From: Chloroflexota bacterium
Lineage (GTDB): Bacteria > Chloroflexota > UBA6077 > CF-72
Direction of reading: 5' to 3'
Assembly: GCA_016191465.1 (NCBI GenBank)
Contig: JACPOP010000008.1
Location: 26,039-90,038 of the forward strand
DNA: 64,000 nt
Shown here piece by piece: positions 9,940 through 20,156 of the stretch. Every line of letters begins with the position of its first letter. Positions within the stretch are counted from its first letter, which is position 1. The position numbers were made by a program, and so were the translations under genes. Under the pieces are notes generated by a model. That model did not search any database, was not told the origin of the DNA, and saw only the letters and a list, made by a program, of their open reading frames with translations.

Positions 9940-10767
9940 TCAGGCCGGCTCGACGAGCGGAGCATCCCTGCCGAGCCCGATGGCGGATGCCATCTGTACA
10001 CCGCGGACCGACGCGCGCACGTCGTGGACCCGGACGATCTCAACGCCGGCGAGGGCCGCGGCCACGGCCGCGGCCAGCGAGCCTTCCAGGCGGTCCTCCA
10101 CGGGGAGTCCGAGCACCCGTCCCACGAAGGATTTGCGGGACGCGCCGACGAGCATCGCGTACGGAGCGGTTCGCGCGCGCAGCTCGCCAACCCGTCGCAG
10201 CAGCTCCAGGCTCTCGCGCGGGGCTTTGCCAAAGCCAAGCCCGGGGTCCACGATCACTCGCTCGGGCGAAACTCCGGCCGCCGTAGCCCGCGCGGCCATG
10301 GCCAGCAGCGCCTCGACGACTTCCTCCACAACGTCGCGCTCGCCGGACCGGGCGTAATAGCCGCCGAGCTGGTCATGCGAGGGCGGTGCGGTCCACCGGT
10401 TGTGCGTCACCACCAACCATGCATCGTGCAATGCCGCGACGCTGGCGAGATCCAGATCTTGCAGGCCAGAGACATCGTTGACGATGCGTGCACCCGCGCC
10501 CAGCGCCCTCGCTGCGACGGAGGCCTTGAGCGTGTCGATGGAGACGAGAGCGCCACATGAATCCACTAGCCGTTCGATCACGGGGAGGACGCGGCGGATC
10601 TCCTCCTCTGCCTTCACGGGCTCGGCGCCGGGACGTGTGGACTCGCCCCCGACATCGACGATCGCCGCTCCATCGGCCACAGCCGCGAGCCCCCGCCGTA
10701 CCGCCTCGTGCGCATCCAGGAGCCCGTCCCCCGAAAACGAGTCGGGGGTGGTGTTCACAATCGCCAT
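9940..10767 (-). CDS. folP: Dihydropteroate synthase
   Basis: MAIVNTTPDSFSGDG…DVGGESTRPGAEPV…VSIDTLKASVA…IVNDVSGL…VIVDPGLGFGKAPRESLELL…LVGASRKSF. ATG at 10767. The upstream part of the ORF to 10983 is non-coding read-through. Confidence 0.85.
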   Translation of the reverse strand: MAIVNTTPDSFSGDGLLDAHEAVRRGLAAVADGAAIVDVGGESTRPGAEPVKAEEEIRRVLPVIERLVDSCGALVSIDTLKASVAARALGAGARIVNDVSGLQDLDLASVAALHDAWLVVTHNRWTAPPSHDQLGGYYARSGERDVVEEVVEALLAMAARATAAGVSPERVIVDPGLGFGKAPRESLELLRRVGELRARTAPYAMLVGASRKSFVGRVLGLPVEDRLEGSLAAAVAAALAGVEIVRVHDVRASVRGVQMASAIGLGRDAPLVEPA

Positions 10768-10836
10768 CACTTCGGTCTGCTGACCCCGCCGCGGTCCGAC
10801 GGCAATTCCCCGCCTAGAATCCAGCACGACTCGATT

Positions 10837-12204
10837 ATGGCTGCGCCGATGCCTTTGCAAACCTTCCCCGAGGAGTTGGATGGCAAAGCTGCATGCGAGG
10901 CAGATGCGTTGGCGTGGCTGTACTCCTTCGCTGACCAGGAACGAGGGGTCGGCTGGAACCCGGAGGCCTCCGTTGAGGCCCAATGGAAGCTGGGCCGAAC
11001 TCGGCTGCTCCTGGACCTGCTTGGCTCGCCGGACCTCGGGATGCCGACCGTGCTGGTCGCGGGCACGAAGGGCAAGGGCTCGACCGCCGCGATGCTGGCG
11101 CGGCTGCTAGCAGCCGCCGGGCTTCGCCTGGGCCTTGCCACCAAGCCCCACCTACAGGTCTACCGAGAGCGCATACGGGTGGATGGGCAGATGCTCTCGC
11201 CGGCCGATTTCGCGCGAGGAGTCAGGCGGCTCAAGGCCGTAGTCGAGCGCCTGCGAGCGCGTCACCCGGAAGCTGGCGAGCCCACCACCTTCGAGCTGAC
11301 AACAGCCCTGGCACTCGCCGCCTTTCGCCGCGCCCGGTGCGCCGTCGCCGTCATCGAGGTAGGACTGGGCGGCCGGCTTGACGCAACGAATGCGATGGAT
11401 CCGGTCGTCAGCGTGATCACGACCATCAGCCACGACCACACCGCGATCCTGGGGCGGACGCTTCCGCTGATCGCTGCTGAGAAGGCCGGGATCTTTCGCC
11501 GCGGCCGTCCAGCCGTGATCGCGCCTCAGCGGCCGGCGGCTCGGACCGCGATCACGGCCAGCGCCCGCGCGCTGGCCACACCTTTGACCTGGGCACGCGC
11601 GGAGCCACACCTGTGCCCGCCCCTCCAGGGTGAGCACCAGCGTACGAACGCCGCCGTGGCCTGGAGCGCGGCGCTCGCGGTCATGAGGGTCCTTGGTAAG
11701 GATGCCACGAGCATCGACACCCCCGGACGGGCCACGGCCGTACTCGCCGACCTGCGCTGGCCCGGACGATTCGAGTGCGTCACCACCGGCGCGCAACGGA
11801 CGCTCATCCTCGATGGCGCCCACAACGATGGGTCGGCCGCCGCGCTGGCAGCCGCGCTGGGCGAGCACGGGCTGCGTGAGCTGTACCTGGTGATCGGCAT
11901 CAACCGCGACAAGGATGCCGCGGCGGTCCTGCGCCCGATCCTGCCGCTCACAGCCCGGGCATGGGCGACGCGAGCGGCCTCCAGCGCCCGAGCCCTGGCG
12001 CCTGAAGTGCTGGCCGCGCGGGTCCGCCGCCGCGGCACGCCGATATCCGTCGCGGAGAACGTGGCGGAGGCGCTGGACCAGGCGCTCACTCACCGACCGC
12101 CGCGTCCCGTGCTCGTCACCGGATCCCTGGCGCTGGTCGGTGAAGCACGAACGCTCCTGCGCCTGCCGCCGCCGGAGCCCCTGTGGGGTGCCGAGGGTGA
12201 ATGA
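10837..12204 (+). CDS. folC: Dihydrofolate synthase / folylpolyglutamate synthase (Mur ligase family)
   Basis: Mur-ligase P-loop (VLVAGTKGKGSTAAMLARLLAAAG) and FolC-like length. ATG at 10837 is divergent from folP by 70 bp. Confidence 0.85.
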   Translation: MAAPMPLQTFPEELDGKAACEADALAWLYSFADQERGVGWNPEASVEAQWKLGRTRLLLDLLGSPDLGMPTVLVAGTKGKGSTAAMLARLLAAAGLRLGLATKPHLQVYRERIRVDGQMLSPADFARGVRRLKAVVERLRARHPEAGEPTTFELTTALALAAFRRARCAVAVIEVGLGGRLDATNAMDPVVSVITTISHDHTAILGRTLPLIAAEKAGIFRRGRPAVIAPQRPAARTAITASARALATPLTWARAEPHLCPPLQGEHQRTNAAVAWSAALAVMRVLGKDATSIDTPGRATAVLADLRWPGRFECVTTGAQRTLILDGAHNDGSAAALAAALGEHGLRELYLVIGINRDKDAAAVLRPILPLTARAWATRAASSARALAPEVLAARVRRRGTPISVAENVAEALDQALTHRPPRPVLVTGSLALVGEARTLLRLPPPEPLWGAEGE

Positions 12205-12213
12205 TTCCGTCCT

Positions 12214-13482
12214 TCAGGCGGCCAGCAGCTTCGCGAAGCGAGTCTCGGAGCGGTACGGCCCGACCACCGCCAGGCGGAAGAGCTCTGGGCGCAGCAGGGT
12301 GATCGCGACCCGCTGAACCTCCTCCGCCGTCACCGAGTCGACGATGTTGAGCACGTCGTCCACCGTGAGGATCTCGTGGCGCAAAAGCTCCTGGGCACCC
12401 ATCCACGAGGCAACGGTACGGGTGTCCTCCATGCGGAGCTGCAGCCGGCCCTTGATGAATTCCTTGGCCTTGGATAGCTCGCGCTCCGGAACTGGCTCTC
12501 GCATCTTCGCCACCTCCTCGCGGAGGGCACGCACGGTCTCATCCACGTTCCTGGGGTCCACACCGGCGGCGATGACCACGGACCCCGAGTCCAGGTAGTG
12601 ATTGACGTACGAGCTGACGTCGTAGCACAGGCTGCGCTGCTCCCGAAGCTCCAGGAACAGGCGGCTGCTCATGCCTTCGCCGAGAACGGCGTTCAGCACG
12701 TCGAGCGGGTAGCGGTCCGGATGCGCCATCGAGAGTCCTGGCAACGCCAGGCACAGGTGTGTCTGCTCGGTCTTCTTGGCGCGGAGCCGGAGCCGTGGTG
12801 TCTCGCCGGGAATGTCCGCCGCGTACCAGGTGCCTACGGGGCTCGGCTCCCAGTCGGCGAGGTGCCGCGAGACCTCGGCCACGATTTCGTCGTGGCTGAC
12901 ATTTCCGGCCACCGCGACGACGGTATTCTGCGGTGCGTAGAGGTGCTCCATGTAGCGCACCACGTCCTCGCGCGTCACCCGCTTGACGCTGGCCGGCGTG
13001 CCGCCCACGTCACGCCCCAACGGCTGGTTCGGCCAGACGACCTCGTCTACCAGGAGGCTGACCATCTCGCCAGGGCTGTCCTCGGTCATCGCCAGCTCCT
13101 CCAGGATGACCCCGCGCTCCTTCTCGAGCTCGGCAGGATCCAGGAGGGAGTGGCGCAGGCTGTCCGCCAGGATGTCCAGCGTGGCCTTGAAACGGTGATC
13201 GCCGACCTTCGCCCAGTACACGGTCAGCTCCTTGTCCGTGCCGGCGTTCATGATGCCGCCGATGCCTTCGATCTCCTCGGAGATCTCCCGGGCGCTGGGG
13301 CGACGCTTCGTGCCCTTGAAGAGCATGTGCTCGAGGAAGTGGGAGACGCCGGCGATCTCGTCGGACTCGTACCGCGAGCCCGCTCCGACGAAGATACAGA
13401 TGCTGACGGACCGCGTGTGCGGCAGAGTGCTGGTAACGATTCGGAGGCCGTTTTCCAGGACGACCTTCTCAAAGCTGCTCAT
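12214..13482 (-). CDS. M16-family zinc peptidase (insulinase/pitrilysin-like)
   Basis: Inverted zinc motif HFLEHMLFKGT, E-rich second motif, two-domain length (~422 aa). ATG at 13480-13482 (MSSFEKVVLENGLRIV). The longer ORF to 14118 is read-through inside glpK. Confidence 0.85.
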   Translation of the reverse strand: MSSFEKVVLENGLRIVTSTLPHTRSVSICIFVGAGSRYESDEIAGVSHFLEHMLFKGTKRRPSAREISEEIEGIGGIMNAGTDKELTVYWAKVGDHRFKATLDILADSLRHSLLDPAELEKERGVILEELAMTEDSPGEMVSLLVDEVVWPNQPLGRDVGGTPASVKRVTREDVVRYMEHLYAPQNTVVAVAGNVSHDEIVAEVSRHLADWEPSPVGTWYAADIPGETPRLRLRAKKTEQTHLCLALPGLSMAHPDRYPLDVLNAVLGEGMSSRLFLELREQRSLCYDVSSYVNHYLDSGSVVIAAGVDPRNVDETVRALREEVAKMREPVPERELSKAKEFIKGRLQLRMEDTRTVASWMGAQELLRHEILTVDDVLNIVDSVTAEEVQRVAITLLRPELFRLAVVGPYRSETRFAKLLAA

Positions 13483-13562
13483 CTCGCGCGGGCCACGCCA
13501 GAGTGTACCGGCTACCCGAAATCGAAGCGGGGCCTCATCTGGGGCACCGGCAGGACGCGCGC

Positions 13563-15068
13563 TCAGGCGGTGGCCCAGCCCTTCGCCCGCTCCACCGCGC
13601 GAAGCCACGATTCGTGCAGCCTCTCCCGTTGTGACCGTGGCATTCGCGGCTCGAACAGGCGCGCCGTGCCACGCACCGAGCGGATCGCATCTCGGCTGGG
13701 CCACACGCCGAGACTCAGACCGGCCAGTGCGGCGGCGCCAAACGCGGTCGTCTCCTGGATGGCGGCGACGTCCACTGGCCGATCCAGCACGTCGGCCTGA
13801 AACTGCATCAGGAAGCTGTTGGCGGTGCCACCACCGTCCACCTTCAGCACCTCCACGTCCTGCCCCGCCTCCCGCATGGCGTGCGCAAGGTCCAGCGACT
13901 GGAATGCGATGCTCTCCAGCGTCGCCCGGGCCACGTGAGCACGGGTGGAGCCGCCCGTCAGCCCGACAATGGCGCCGCGCGCGTACATGTCCCAATGGGG
14001 GGCGCCGAGCCCCACGAAGGCGGGGACAAAGTAGACTCCGCCGTTGTCGGGGATGGACCGGGCAAGGTCCTCCGTCTCGGGTGCCTGGCGAATGATGCCC
14101 AGGCCGTCGCGCAGCCACTGAACCGCTGCGCCGGTCACAAAGGCGCTGCCTTCGAGCGCATACTCGATCCCCTGGCCCATGTCCCAGGCAATCGTGCTCA
14201 AGAGGCCGGCGTCAGACCGCTGGAGCCGAGGACCCGTATGGGTCAGCAGAAAACAGCCCGTGCCGTACGTGTTCTTGGCTTCGCCCGGTGCGAAACAGGC
14301 CTGGCCAAAGAGCGCCGCCTGCTGGTCGCCCGCCATGCCGGCCACCGCGATCGGGGCACCGAACGCCGCGGCGTCCGTCTCGGCGTAGATGCTGCTCGAT
14401 GGCACCACGGTGGGCAGCATGGCGCGCGGTATGTCGAGGATTGCCAGGAGCTCGTCATCCCACACGCCATGCCGAATGTCCAGGAGCATCGTGCGCGAAG
14501 CATTCGCCACGTCGGTGACGTGGACCCGGCCGCTGGTGAGGCGCCACAAAAGCCACGATTCGACAGTTCCGAACAACAGCTCGCCCCGCGTCGCCCGGGC
14601 TTGTGCCCCTTCCACGTTGTCCAGCAGCCAGCGGACTTTCGTGCCGGAGAAGTACGCGTCGATCAATAGCCCGGTCCGCTCTCGGACCAGCGGCTCCAGG
14701 CCATCCGCCTTCAGCCGTTCGCAGATGGGTGCTGAAGCGCGGCTCTGCCATACCACCGCGTTGGCGATGGGCCGCCCAGTAGCGCGCTCCCAGACGACGG
14801 CCGTCTCGCGCTGGTTGGTGATCCCGATGCCGGCGATGTCCGCCGCCGCAAGCCCGGCCCGTGCGAGCGCCTCGCGCCCCACCTCGACGGTGGTGCGGTA
14901 GATCTCTTCTGGGTCGTGCTCGACCCAGCCCGGCTGGGGGTACACCTGGCGGATCTCCCGATCGGCCTCGCCCAGTACCGACCCATCCTCGCCAAATACC
15001 AGCGCGGCTGACCCTGTCGTGCCCTGGTCGAGGGCAAGAATGGCATGCTGGCTCATGCCCCTACCCAC
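13563..15068 (-). CDS. glpK: Glycerol kinase
   Basis: FGGY-kinase N-terminus [24 protein letters not shown]…[17 protein letters not shown] and full-length homology (501 aa). Confidence 0.9.
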   Translation of the reverse strand: MGRGMSQHAILALDQGTTGSAALVFGEDGSVLGEADREIRQVYPQPGWVEHDPEEIYRTTVEVGREALARAGLAAADIAGIGITNQRETAVVWERATGRPIANAVVWQSRASAPICERLKADGLEPLVRERTGLLIDAYFSGTKVRWLLDNVEGAQARATRGELLFGTVESWLLWRLTSGRVHVTDVANASRTMLLDIRHGVWDDELLAILDIPRAMLPTVVPSSSIYAETDAAAFGAPIAVAGMAGDQQAALFGQACFAPGEAKNTYGTGCFLLTHTGPRLQRSDAGLLSTIAWDMGQGIEYALEGSAFVTGAAVQWLRDGLGIIRQAPETEDLARSIPDNGGVYFVPAFVGLGAPHWDMYARGAIVGLTGGSTRAHVARATLESIAFQSLDLAHAMREAGQDVEVLKVDGGGTANSFLMQFQADVLDRPVDVAAIQETTAFGAAALAGLSLGVWPSRDAIRSVRGTARLFEPRMPRSQRERLHESWLRAVERAKGWATA

Positions 15069-15159
15069 GGCCGGCCTTCTTTGTGGGTGCCCCGGCTGGA
15101 CCGATTCGGATCATGCCAGGGCAGTGAGATGGAGGCACGCGCCATCGCAGAGAGCGACG

Positions 15160-15198
15160 AGGGCGCGGAATCCCGGGCGTGGGCCCGGGATTCCGCGC
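15160..15198 (-). terminator. Perfect 16-bp stem hairpin (gcgcggaatcccgggc-gtg-gcccgggattccgcgc) between the ABC substrate-binding gene and glpK
   Basis: Inverted repeat seen directly. Lies just downstream of the substrate-binding-protein stop and upstream of glpK on the - strand. No U-tract, as expected in a high-GC genome. Could also act as an attenuator. Confidence 0.5.
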
Positions 15199-15213
15199 AT
15201 GCCATCGCGGCGG

Positions 15214-16584
15214 CTACTTTCCGGTGCTCTTGTTGTAGCCGTCGATTGCCTTTGTCAGCTCCTCCGCGGCCGAGCTAAGCGCCTTCGCGCTGTCCTCCTG
15301 TCCAAGCAGTGTCGACTCGATGGCCTTCTGCACGCGGGCCCGGGCCTGCGGGAAGACGCCGATCACGGCACCATTCGTCATGCGGTTCTGCGGTGCCTGT
15401 CGGATCTGATCGACCGCGGTCTTAAACTGCGGGTACTTGGCCACCCACTCCTTGGCAACCGGCTCGTTCTCGGCCGACTTGCGGATCGAGTAGTAGCCCG
15501 TGTCTACCTGCCACTGCGCCTGGACAGGCGCCGAGGCAACGTACTTGATGAATTCCCAGGCGGCTTCCTGCTCAGCCTGCGGGCGGCTCTTCAACATGTA
15601 CAGGCTGGCGCCGCCGATGATGTTGCCGCCATCAGCCGGAGCGTTGTTCGGCCGAGGATACAGACCGGTCCCTACTTCAAACTTCGCCGCGTTGATGTGG
15701 CCCCGCAGGCGGGCCGTGCTCTCCACGTACATGGCAGTCTTGCCGGCGTTGAAGGCGTTGGCCGCGCCGTCGTTGTCGATGCCAGGATTGAAGAAGTAGC
15801 CGCCGTCTACGCCCGCCTTCCAGAAGTCCAGGATGGCTTTGCCGCGCGCGTCGTCGAACACGACCTTGGTGGCGCGGGCATCTCGGCCATTCCCGTTGTC
15901 GGCGAACAGCCCGCCGGAGACGGCTATCCACTGCTCGAACAGCCAGCCGTAGATGGAAGGGCCGAAGCCGTACCGTTTGTCGTTGCCGGTGCCCTTGGTC
16001 AGCTTCTTGGCAGCATCCGTGACCTCGTCGAAGGTCTTCGGGGGCTTGTTCGGGTCGAGCCCAACTTCCTTGAAGGCGTCCTTGTTGTAGTACAGGATCG
16101 CCGAGGAGGCGTTGAAGGGCATCGAGTACAGCTTGTCCTGGACCTTGTAGTAGTTCAGGACTGCCGGCTCCAGGTCGGAGACGTCGTACTTGTCACGATC
16201 GATGTAATCCTGCACGGCAACGATCTCGCCCGAGTCGATCATGAACCGCTGGCCGATGTCGTAGACCTGCATGAGCGCGGGGGCTCCGCCCGAAGGGAGC
16301 GCGGTCTTCAACTTGGCCAGGGCGTCGTCATAGGTGCCCTGGAAGATCGGCTCGACCTGGATCTTGCTCTGGCTCTTGTTGAAGCCGTCCACCATCTTGT
16401 TGACGGCGTCGCCATTGACGCCCGACATCGCATGCCAGAACTGGATCTTGGCCGCCGGCTCGACCTTCGCCGGCACCTGGCCCGCTGGCTGCGCCGCGCT
16501 GCTGCCGCTATTCGAGGCGGATACACAGCCCGAAACGGCGAGCGCCGTCATAGCTATCAATGAAACCAATCGACGAATGCCCAT
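15214..16584 (-). CDS. ABC transporter substrate-binding lipoprotein, CUT1 family (sugar / glycerol-3-phosphate type)
   Basis: ATG at 16582-16584 preceded by GGGAGGGAGAA RBS. Lipobox LAVSGC. Family-1 solute-binding protein length (456 aa). Adjacent permeases and glpK. Confidence 0.85.
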   Translation of the reverse strand: MGIRRLVSLIAMTALAVSGCVSASNSGSSAAQPAGQVPAKVEPAAKIQFWHAMSGVNGDAVNKMVDGFNKSQSKIQVEPIFQGTYDDALAKLKTALPSGGAPALMQVYDIGQRFMIDSGEIVAVQDYIDRDKYDVSDLEPAVLNYYKVQDKLYSMPFNASSAILYYNKDAFKEVGLDPNKPPKTFDEVTDAAKKLTKGTGNDKRYGFGPSIYGWLFEQWIAVSGGLFADNGNGRDARATKVVFDDARGKAILDFWKAGVDGGYFFNPGIDNDGAANAFNAGKTAMYVESTARLRGHINAAKFEVGTGLYPRPNNAPADGGNIIGGASLYMLKSRPQAEQEAAWEFIKYVASAPVQAQWQVDTGYYSIRKSAENEPVAKEWVAKYPQFKTAVDQIRQAPQNRMTNGAVIGVFPQARARVQKAIESTLLGQEDSAKALSSAAEELTKAIDGYNKSTGK

Positions 16585-16709
16585 GAAGTTCTCCCTCCCC
16601 GGCCACCGGCCGGGTACGTTTATGTGTACGCCTCGGAGCTTCCCGAGGACGGGCAGCGGGTGGTCTTGCGCATCCGCTCCGTGGATGCGCCTCTCAGCTC
16701 GTCCGGCCA

Positions 16710-17606
16710 CTAGCCTTTGACCGCTCCCGCGGTGAGCCCGCGGACGAGCTGGAGCTGGCCAAGGACCAGCAACAGCAGTGTGGGCAGCACCACCATCGAA
16801 ACGCCTGCCATGAGGTTTCCCCAGCGCAGGGTTTCCTCGAAGCGGAGCTGGGCGATCCCCACCTGGGTGGTGCGCATCAGCGGTTGGTTCGTAATGAGCA
16901 ACGGCCAGAAGTACTGGTTCCACGTGGAAAGGAACGCGTACACCGCCAGCGTCGCCATCCCCGCCCGCGACAGCGGCACCACGATCCACCACAGGAAACG
17001 GAACTTGCTGGCGCCGTCCATTACGGCCGCGTCGAAGAGGTCTCTCGGCAACTGGAGGAAGCTCTGTCGGAGCAGGAACGTGCCGAATGCGCTGGCCATA
17101 AACGGCACCGAAAGGCCCTGGTAGCTATCCAGCCAGCCGAGCGTCCGAATCGTGAGGTAGTTGGGGATAATGGTGGCTTCCCACGGCACCATCATGGTGC
17201 TGATGAAGAGCAGGAAGATGAGCGGCTTTCCGCGGAAGTCGAGGAACGCAAAGGCGAAAGCAGCCAGCGTTGCCGTGAGAAGCTGGCCGATCACGACCAG
17301 ACTCGAGGCCAGGAAGCTGTTCAGGAGATAGCGGAAGATGGGAATGGACCCGATGACGCGGGCGTAATTGTCCAGCGTCGGCGCGGCGGGGAAGATGGGC
17401 GGCGGACTCGTGGCTATTTCCCGCTCTGTCATGAAGCTGTAGCTGAATGCCAGGAGAATCGGAAACGCCACCGCCAGCGAGACGATTGCCAGCAGCAGGT
17501 ACCTGCCCACCCTGGACCAGCGGATGGGCCGCCGCGCTTGGATGCGGGCCACCGTGCCAGAGCGCACGCCGGCGCGGGCTTCCGCGCCAACCGAGGCGGC
17601 GCTCAC
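16710..17606 (-). CDS. ABC transporter permease (UgpE/MalG-like)
   Basis: Six-TM permease with an EAA-like loop region. Contiguous with the second permease and the substrate-binding protein. Confidence 0.85.
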   Translation of the reverse strand: MSAASVGAEARAGVRSGTVARIQARRPIRWSRVGRYLLLAIVSLAVAFPILLAFSYSFMTEREIATSPPPIFPAAPTLDNYARVIGSIPIFRYLLNSFLASSLVVIGQLLTATLAAFAFAFLDFRGKPLIFLLFISTMMVPWEATIIPNYLTIRTLGWLDSYQGLSVPFMASAFGTFLLRQSFLQLPRDLFDAAVMDGASKFRFLWWIVVPLSRAGMATLAVYAFLSTWNQYFWPLLITNQPLMRTTQVGIAQLRFEETLRWGNLMAGVSMVVLPTLLLLVLGQLQLVRGLTAGAVKG

Positions 17607-18565
17607 TGGTAGTGCACCCGGCGCTCTACGAAGCGGAACTGGATGATCGTCAGCAGCAGGATGATGAAGAACAACACCATGGACTGCGCGCTGGCGTACC
17701 CGAACTGGAAGTTCACAAAGGCGTCCAGGTAGATGCTGTAGACGAGCACCCGGGTGGTATCAACCGGCCCGCCCTGTGTCAACAGCCGCACCTGCGTGAA
17801 CGCCTGGAACACCGTGATCGCATCGACCACGAGGAGGAAGAACAAGGAGGGCGAAAGCAGCGGTATCGTGATGTGGCGGAAGGTGTTGACTCCCATGGCG
17901 CCGTCGATCCGAGCGCTCTCGTACAGCTCCTCGGGAATACCCTGCAGCCCCGCCAGGAGCACGATGATATTGAACCCCAGCATCAACCAGATGGTGGTGA
18001 TCGAGAGCGACAGAATGGCCATGTTTGGATCGGTCAGCCAATTGGGGCCGGTGAGTCCAATGGAGCCGATCAGGTAGTTCAACAGCCCCAGGCTGGGGTT
18101 GAAGAGCAGCAGCCACATCAGTGCGCCAACGGATGCCGAGACGGCGATCGTGCTGGACATGAGGGTCCGAAAGAGGTTGATGCCACGCAGCCGCTGATTG
18201 CCGAGCACGGCAAGGACCAGGGCGATGGCGATGCCGAGCGGCACGCTGTACAGCACGAACAGGAACGTGGCCCGGAGCCCCGTCAGGAACTCGGGAGACG
18301 TGGCAAGGGCCACGTACTGTTCGACACCACCAAAGGTGGTCGGGTTGCCAATGGGGTTCGTGTAGAAGAAGCTGAGATACAGGGTGCGCGCCAGCGGCAC
18401 GAACACGAACGCCGAGAACAGGACGAGGGACGGCCCGAGGTACAGCAACGCTTCGCCCAGGGAGCGCAGGTCACGCCGAGTCCACGGCTGGCGCCCGGGA
18501 ATAACTGCCGACGCGGCAGCGGCTGATGCCGCGGAGAGGGTGGCGACGGGGGGTGCTGTCTGCAC
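17603..18565 (-). CDS. ABC transporter permease (UgpA/MalF-like)
   Basis: Polytopic permease. Stop overlaps the downstream permease start. Confidence 0.85.
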   Translation of the reverse strand: MQTAPPVATLSAASAAAASAVIPGRQPWTRRDLRSLGEALLYLGPSLVLFSAFVFVPLARTLYLSFFYTNPIGNPTTFGGVEQYVALATSPEFLTGLRATFLFVLYSVPLGIAIALVLAVLGNQRLRGINLFRTLMSSTIAVSASVGALMWLLLFNPSLGLLNYLIGSIGLTGPNWLTDPNMAILSLSITTIWLMLGFNIIVLLAGLQGIPEELYESARIDGAMGVNTFRHITIPLLSPSLFFLLVVDAITVFQAFTQVRLLTQGGPVDTTRVLVYSIYLDAFVNFQFGYASAQSMVLFFIILLLTIIQFRFVERRVHYQ

Positions 18566-18720
18566 GATTCAACTGACTCGGCGTGGGCCGTCGCGCCGGT
18601 CGTCCACGAGGGGACATACGCCACCTGCTGGTGACCCCCGACTTCCCCACGTGATGGGCCGCATTCCGCCAGTCGCCACGAGTCTACACCCCCGAAGTCA
18701 CCCCGGCAGGCGCGTCGCAC

Positions 18721-19125
18721 TCACCCGAGTCGGAAACTGTGGGGCAAAAGCTCGTGGACCGTGAAGCTGCCGTTGCCATCCAGGACGACGGGCGCCTCCG
18801 AGGCGAAATGCTCGACCATGACCTGGCGGCAGGCTCCACAGGGCGAGCAGCCGTCCGCGCCACCCGCCGGGGGAGCGTCGGGGCAAACAATGGCCATTGC
18901 CACGAAGGGCCGACGTGCGCCGACCGCGACCGCCGAAAAGATCGCGGTGCGCTCGGCGCAGTTGGTGAGTCCGTAGGAAGCGGACTCCACGTTGCAGCCC
19001 AGGTGCATCCCGCCGTCCGCGTCGAGCAGCGCCGCGCCGACGCGGAAATGTGAGTAGGGAGCGTACGCGCGGCCAGCGGCCGCCCGCGCCGCCGCCAGGA
19101 GGGCATCAACGCTCGGCAGCATGGG
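18721..19125 (-). CDS. cdd: Cytidine deaminase
   Basis: AYAPYSHFRVGAALL…CAERTAIF…PCGACRQV zinc-binding CDA motifs. Start chosen at MLPSVDALL…. The upstream M at 19155 would collide with the divergent neighbour. Confidence 0.8.
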   Translation of the reverse strand, partial: PMLPSVDALLAAARAAAGRAYAPYSHFRVGAALLDADGGMHLGCNVESASYGLTNCAERTAIFSAVAVGARRPFVAMAIVCPDAPPAGGADGCSPCGACRQVMVEHFASEAPVVLDGNGSFTVHELLPHSFRLG

Positions 19126-19150
19126 AAGGCGGCCAGTGTAGAGTGCCGGC

Positions 19151-19519
19151 ATGTCCACGAGCGCAAGCCCTGAGGAAGCCGCGCCGACCACGTTCCACCT
19201 CACCTCCGCATCCTGGTGGGAGGCCGCGGACCCGAGCCTCGACTACGTTCCGGAACCATTTGAGCGAGAAGGCTTCATCCACTGCACGGATGGCGAAGCG
19301 AACCTGGTTGCGACGGCAAACCGCTACTACCGCGAGGTCCGCGGGGCGTTTGTGGCGCTCGAGATCGACCGTGCGGTGGTCCGCGCGCCAATTCTGTACG
19401 AGGACGCCGCCCGTATCTATCCGCACGTGTACGGCTCCCTCAACCGCGACGCGGTACTTCGTGTCCGCGCGGTGCAGCGTGCCGCGGACGGCTCGTTCCT
19501 GGCGGTCAGCCGCGACTGA
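19151..19519 (+). CDS. DUF952-family protein
   Basis: Conserved DUF952 core (…EGFIHCTDGEANLVATANRYY…ILYEDAARIYPHVYGSLN…). Confidence 0.7.
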   Translation: MSTSASPEEAAPTTFHLTSASWWEAADPSLDYVPEPFEREGFIHCTDGEANLVATANRYYREVRGAFVALEIDRAVVRAPILYEDAARIYPHVYGSLNRDAVLRVRAVQRAADGSFLAVSRD

Positions 19520-19591
19520 CACCCGGTTTGCGAGCGCCCGCGGTACGCGGGTCGTGCACAGCGATCCATGCCATGCCATGCCACACGCACG

Positions 19592-19945
19592 CTATGGCAG
19601 CTCGGACTCCTCGCCGTCCAGCAGGTCCACGTCGGGCTCGTCGGAGTAGACCCCCCGCTCCTCGCCCTGGTAAACGGTTACCAGGAAATCTTCGCGCGGG
19701 CGATCGGCAGTTTGGACGAGGTCCCTGTCGATGCGGGCAATGATCCCCTGTAGCTCTTCCTCCAGGACTTCGCGCTCCAGCACAAGCAGCGCGTGAACGA
19801 CAGCGCTTCCATAGTGCAGGTCCACCCTTCCCACCGCGGTCTCCCCATCGCTGAGCAGGAACGCCTCTGAATGCGGGGTTCGCAAGAGACGGTCGAAGCG
19901 GAGGTTGGGCTGGTCGTTCTCGGTGTCATTGTCGACTGTGTGCAT
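19592..19945 (-). CDS. Hypothetical acidic protein (117 aa)
   Basis: ATG at 19943-19945 preceded by a GGGAG RBS at correct spacing. Non-skewed composition with an acidic C-terminus. No family recognised. Confidence 0.55.
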   Translation of the reverse strand: MHTVDNDTENDQPNLRFDRLLRTPHSEAFLLSDGETAVGRVDLHYGSAVVHALLVLEREVLEEELQGIIARIDRDLVQTADRPREDFLVTVYQGEERGVYSDEPDVDLLDGEESELP

Positions 19946-20156
19946 GGCACTCCCTGCTCACTGATCCATCTGTCACCACCCGCGGACCGTTGACGCCCGC
20001 AGCGGAGGCCGCGTTGCGTCCCGGCTGCCGCGGAGCCGGTGAATGGCTGGCTGGCGCGCGATGCTCCCCAGGACCAGTCCGTGCGCCGTACAGCATCGTA
20101 CGGGGAAGCTTCGTTGCCCGTAGCGACGGCCTGGTGCCACAATCCGCGTTCTACGT

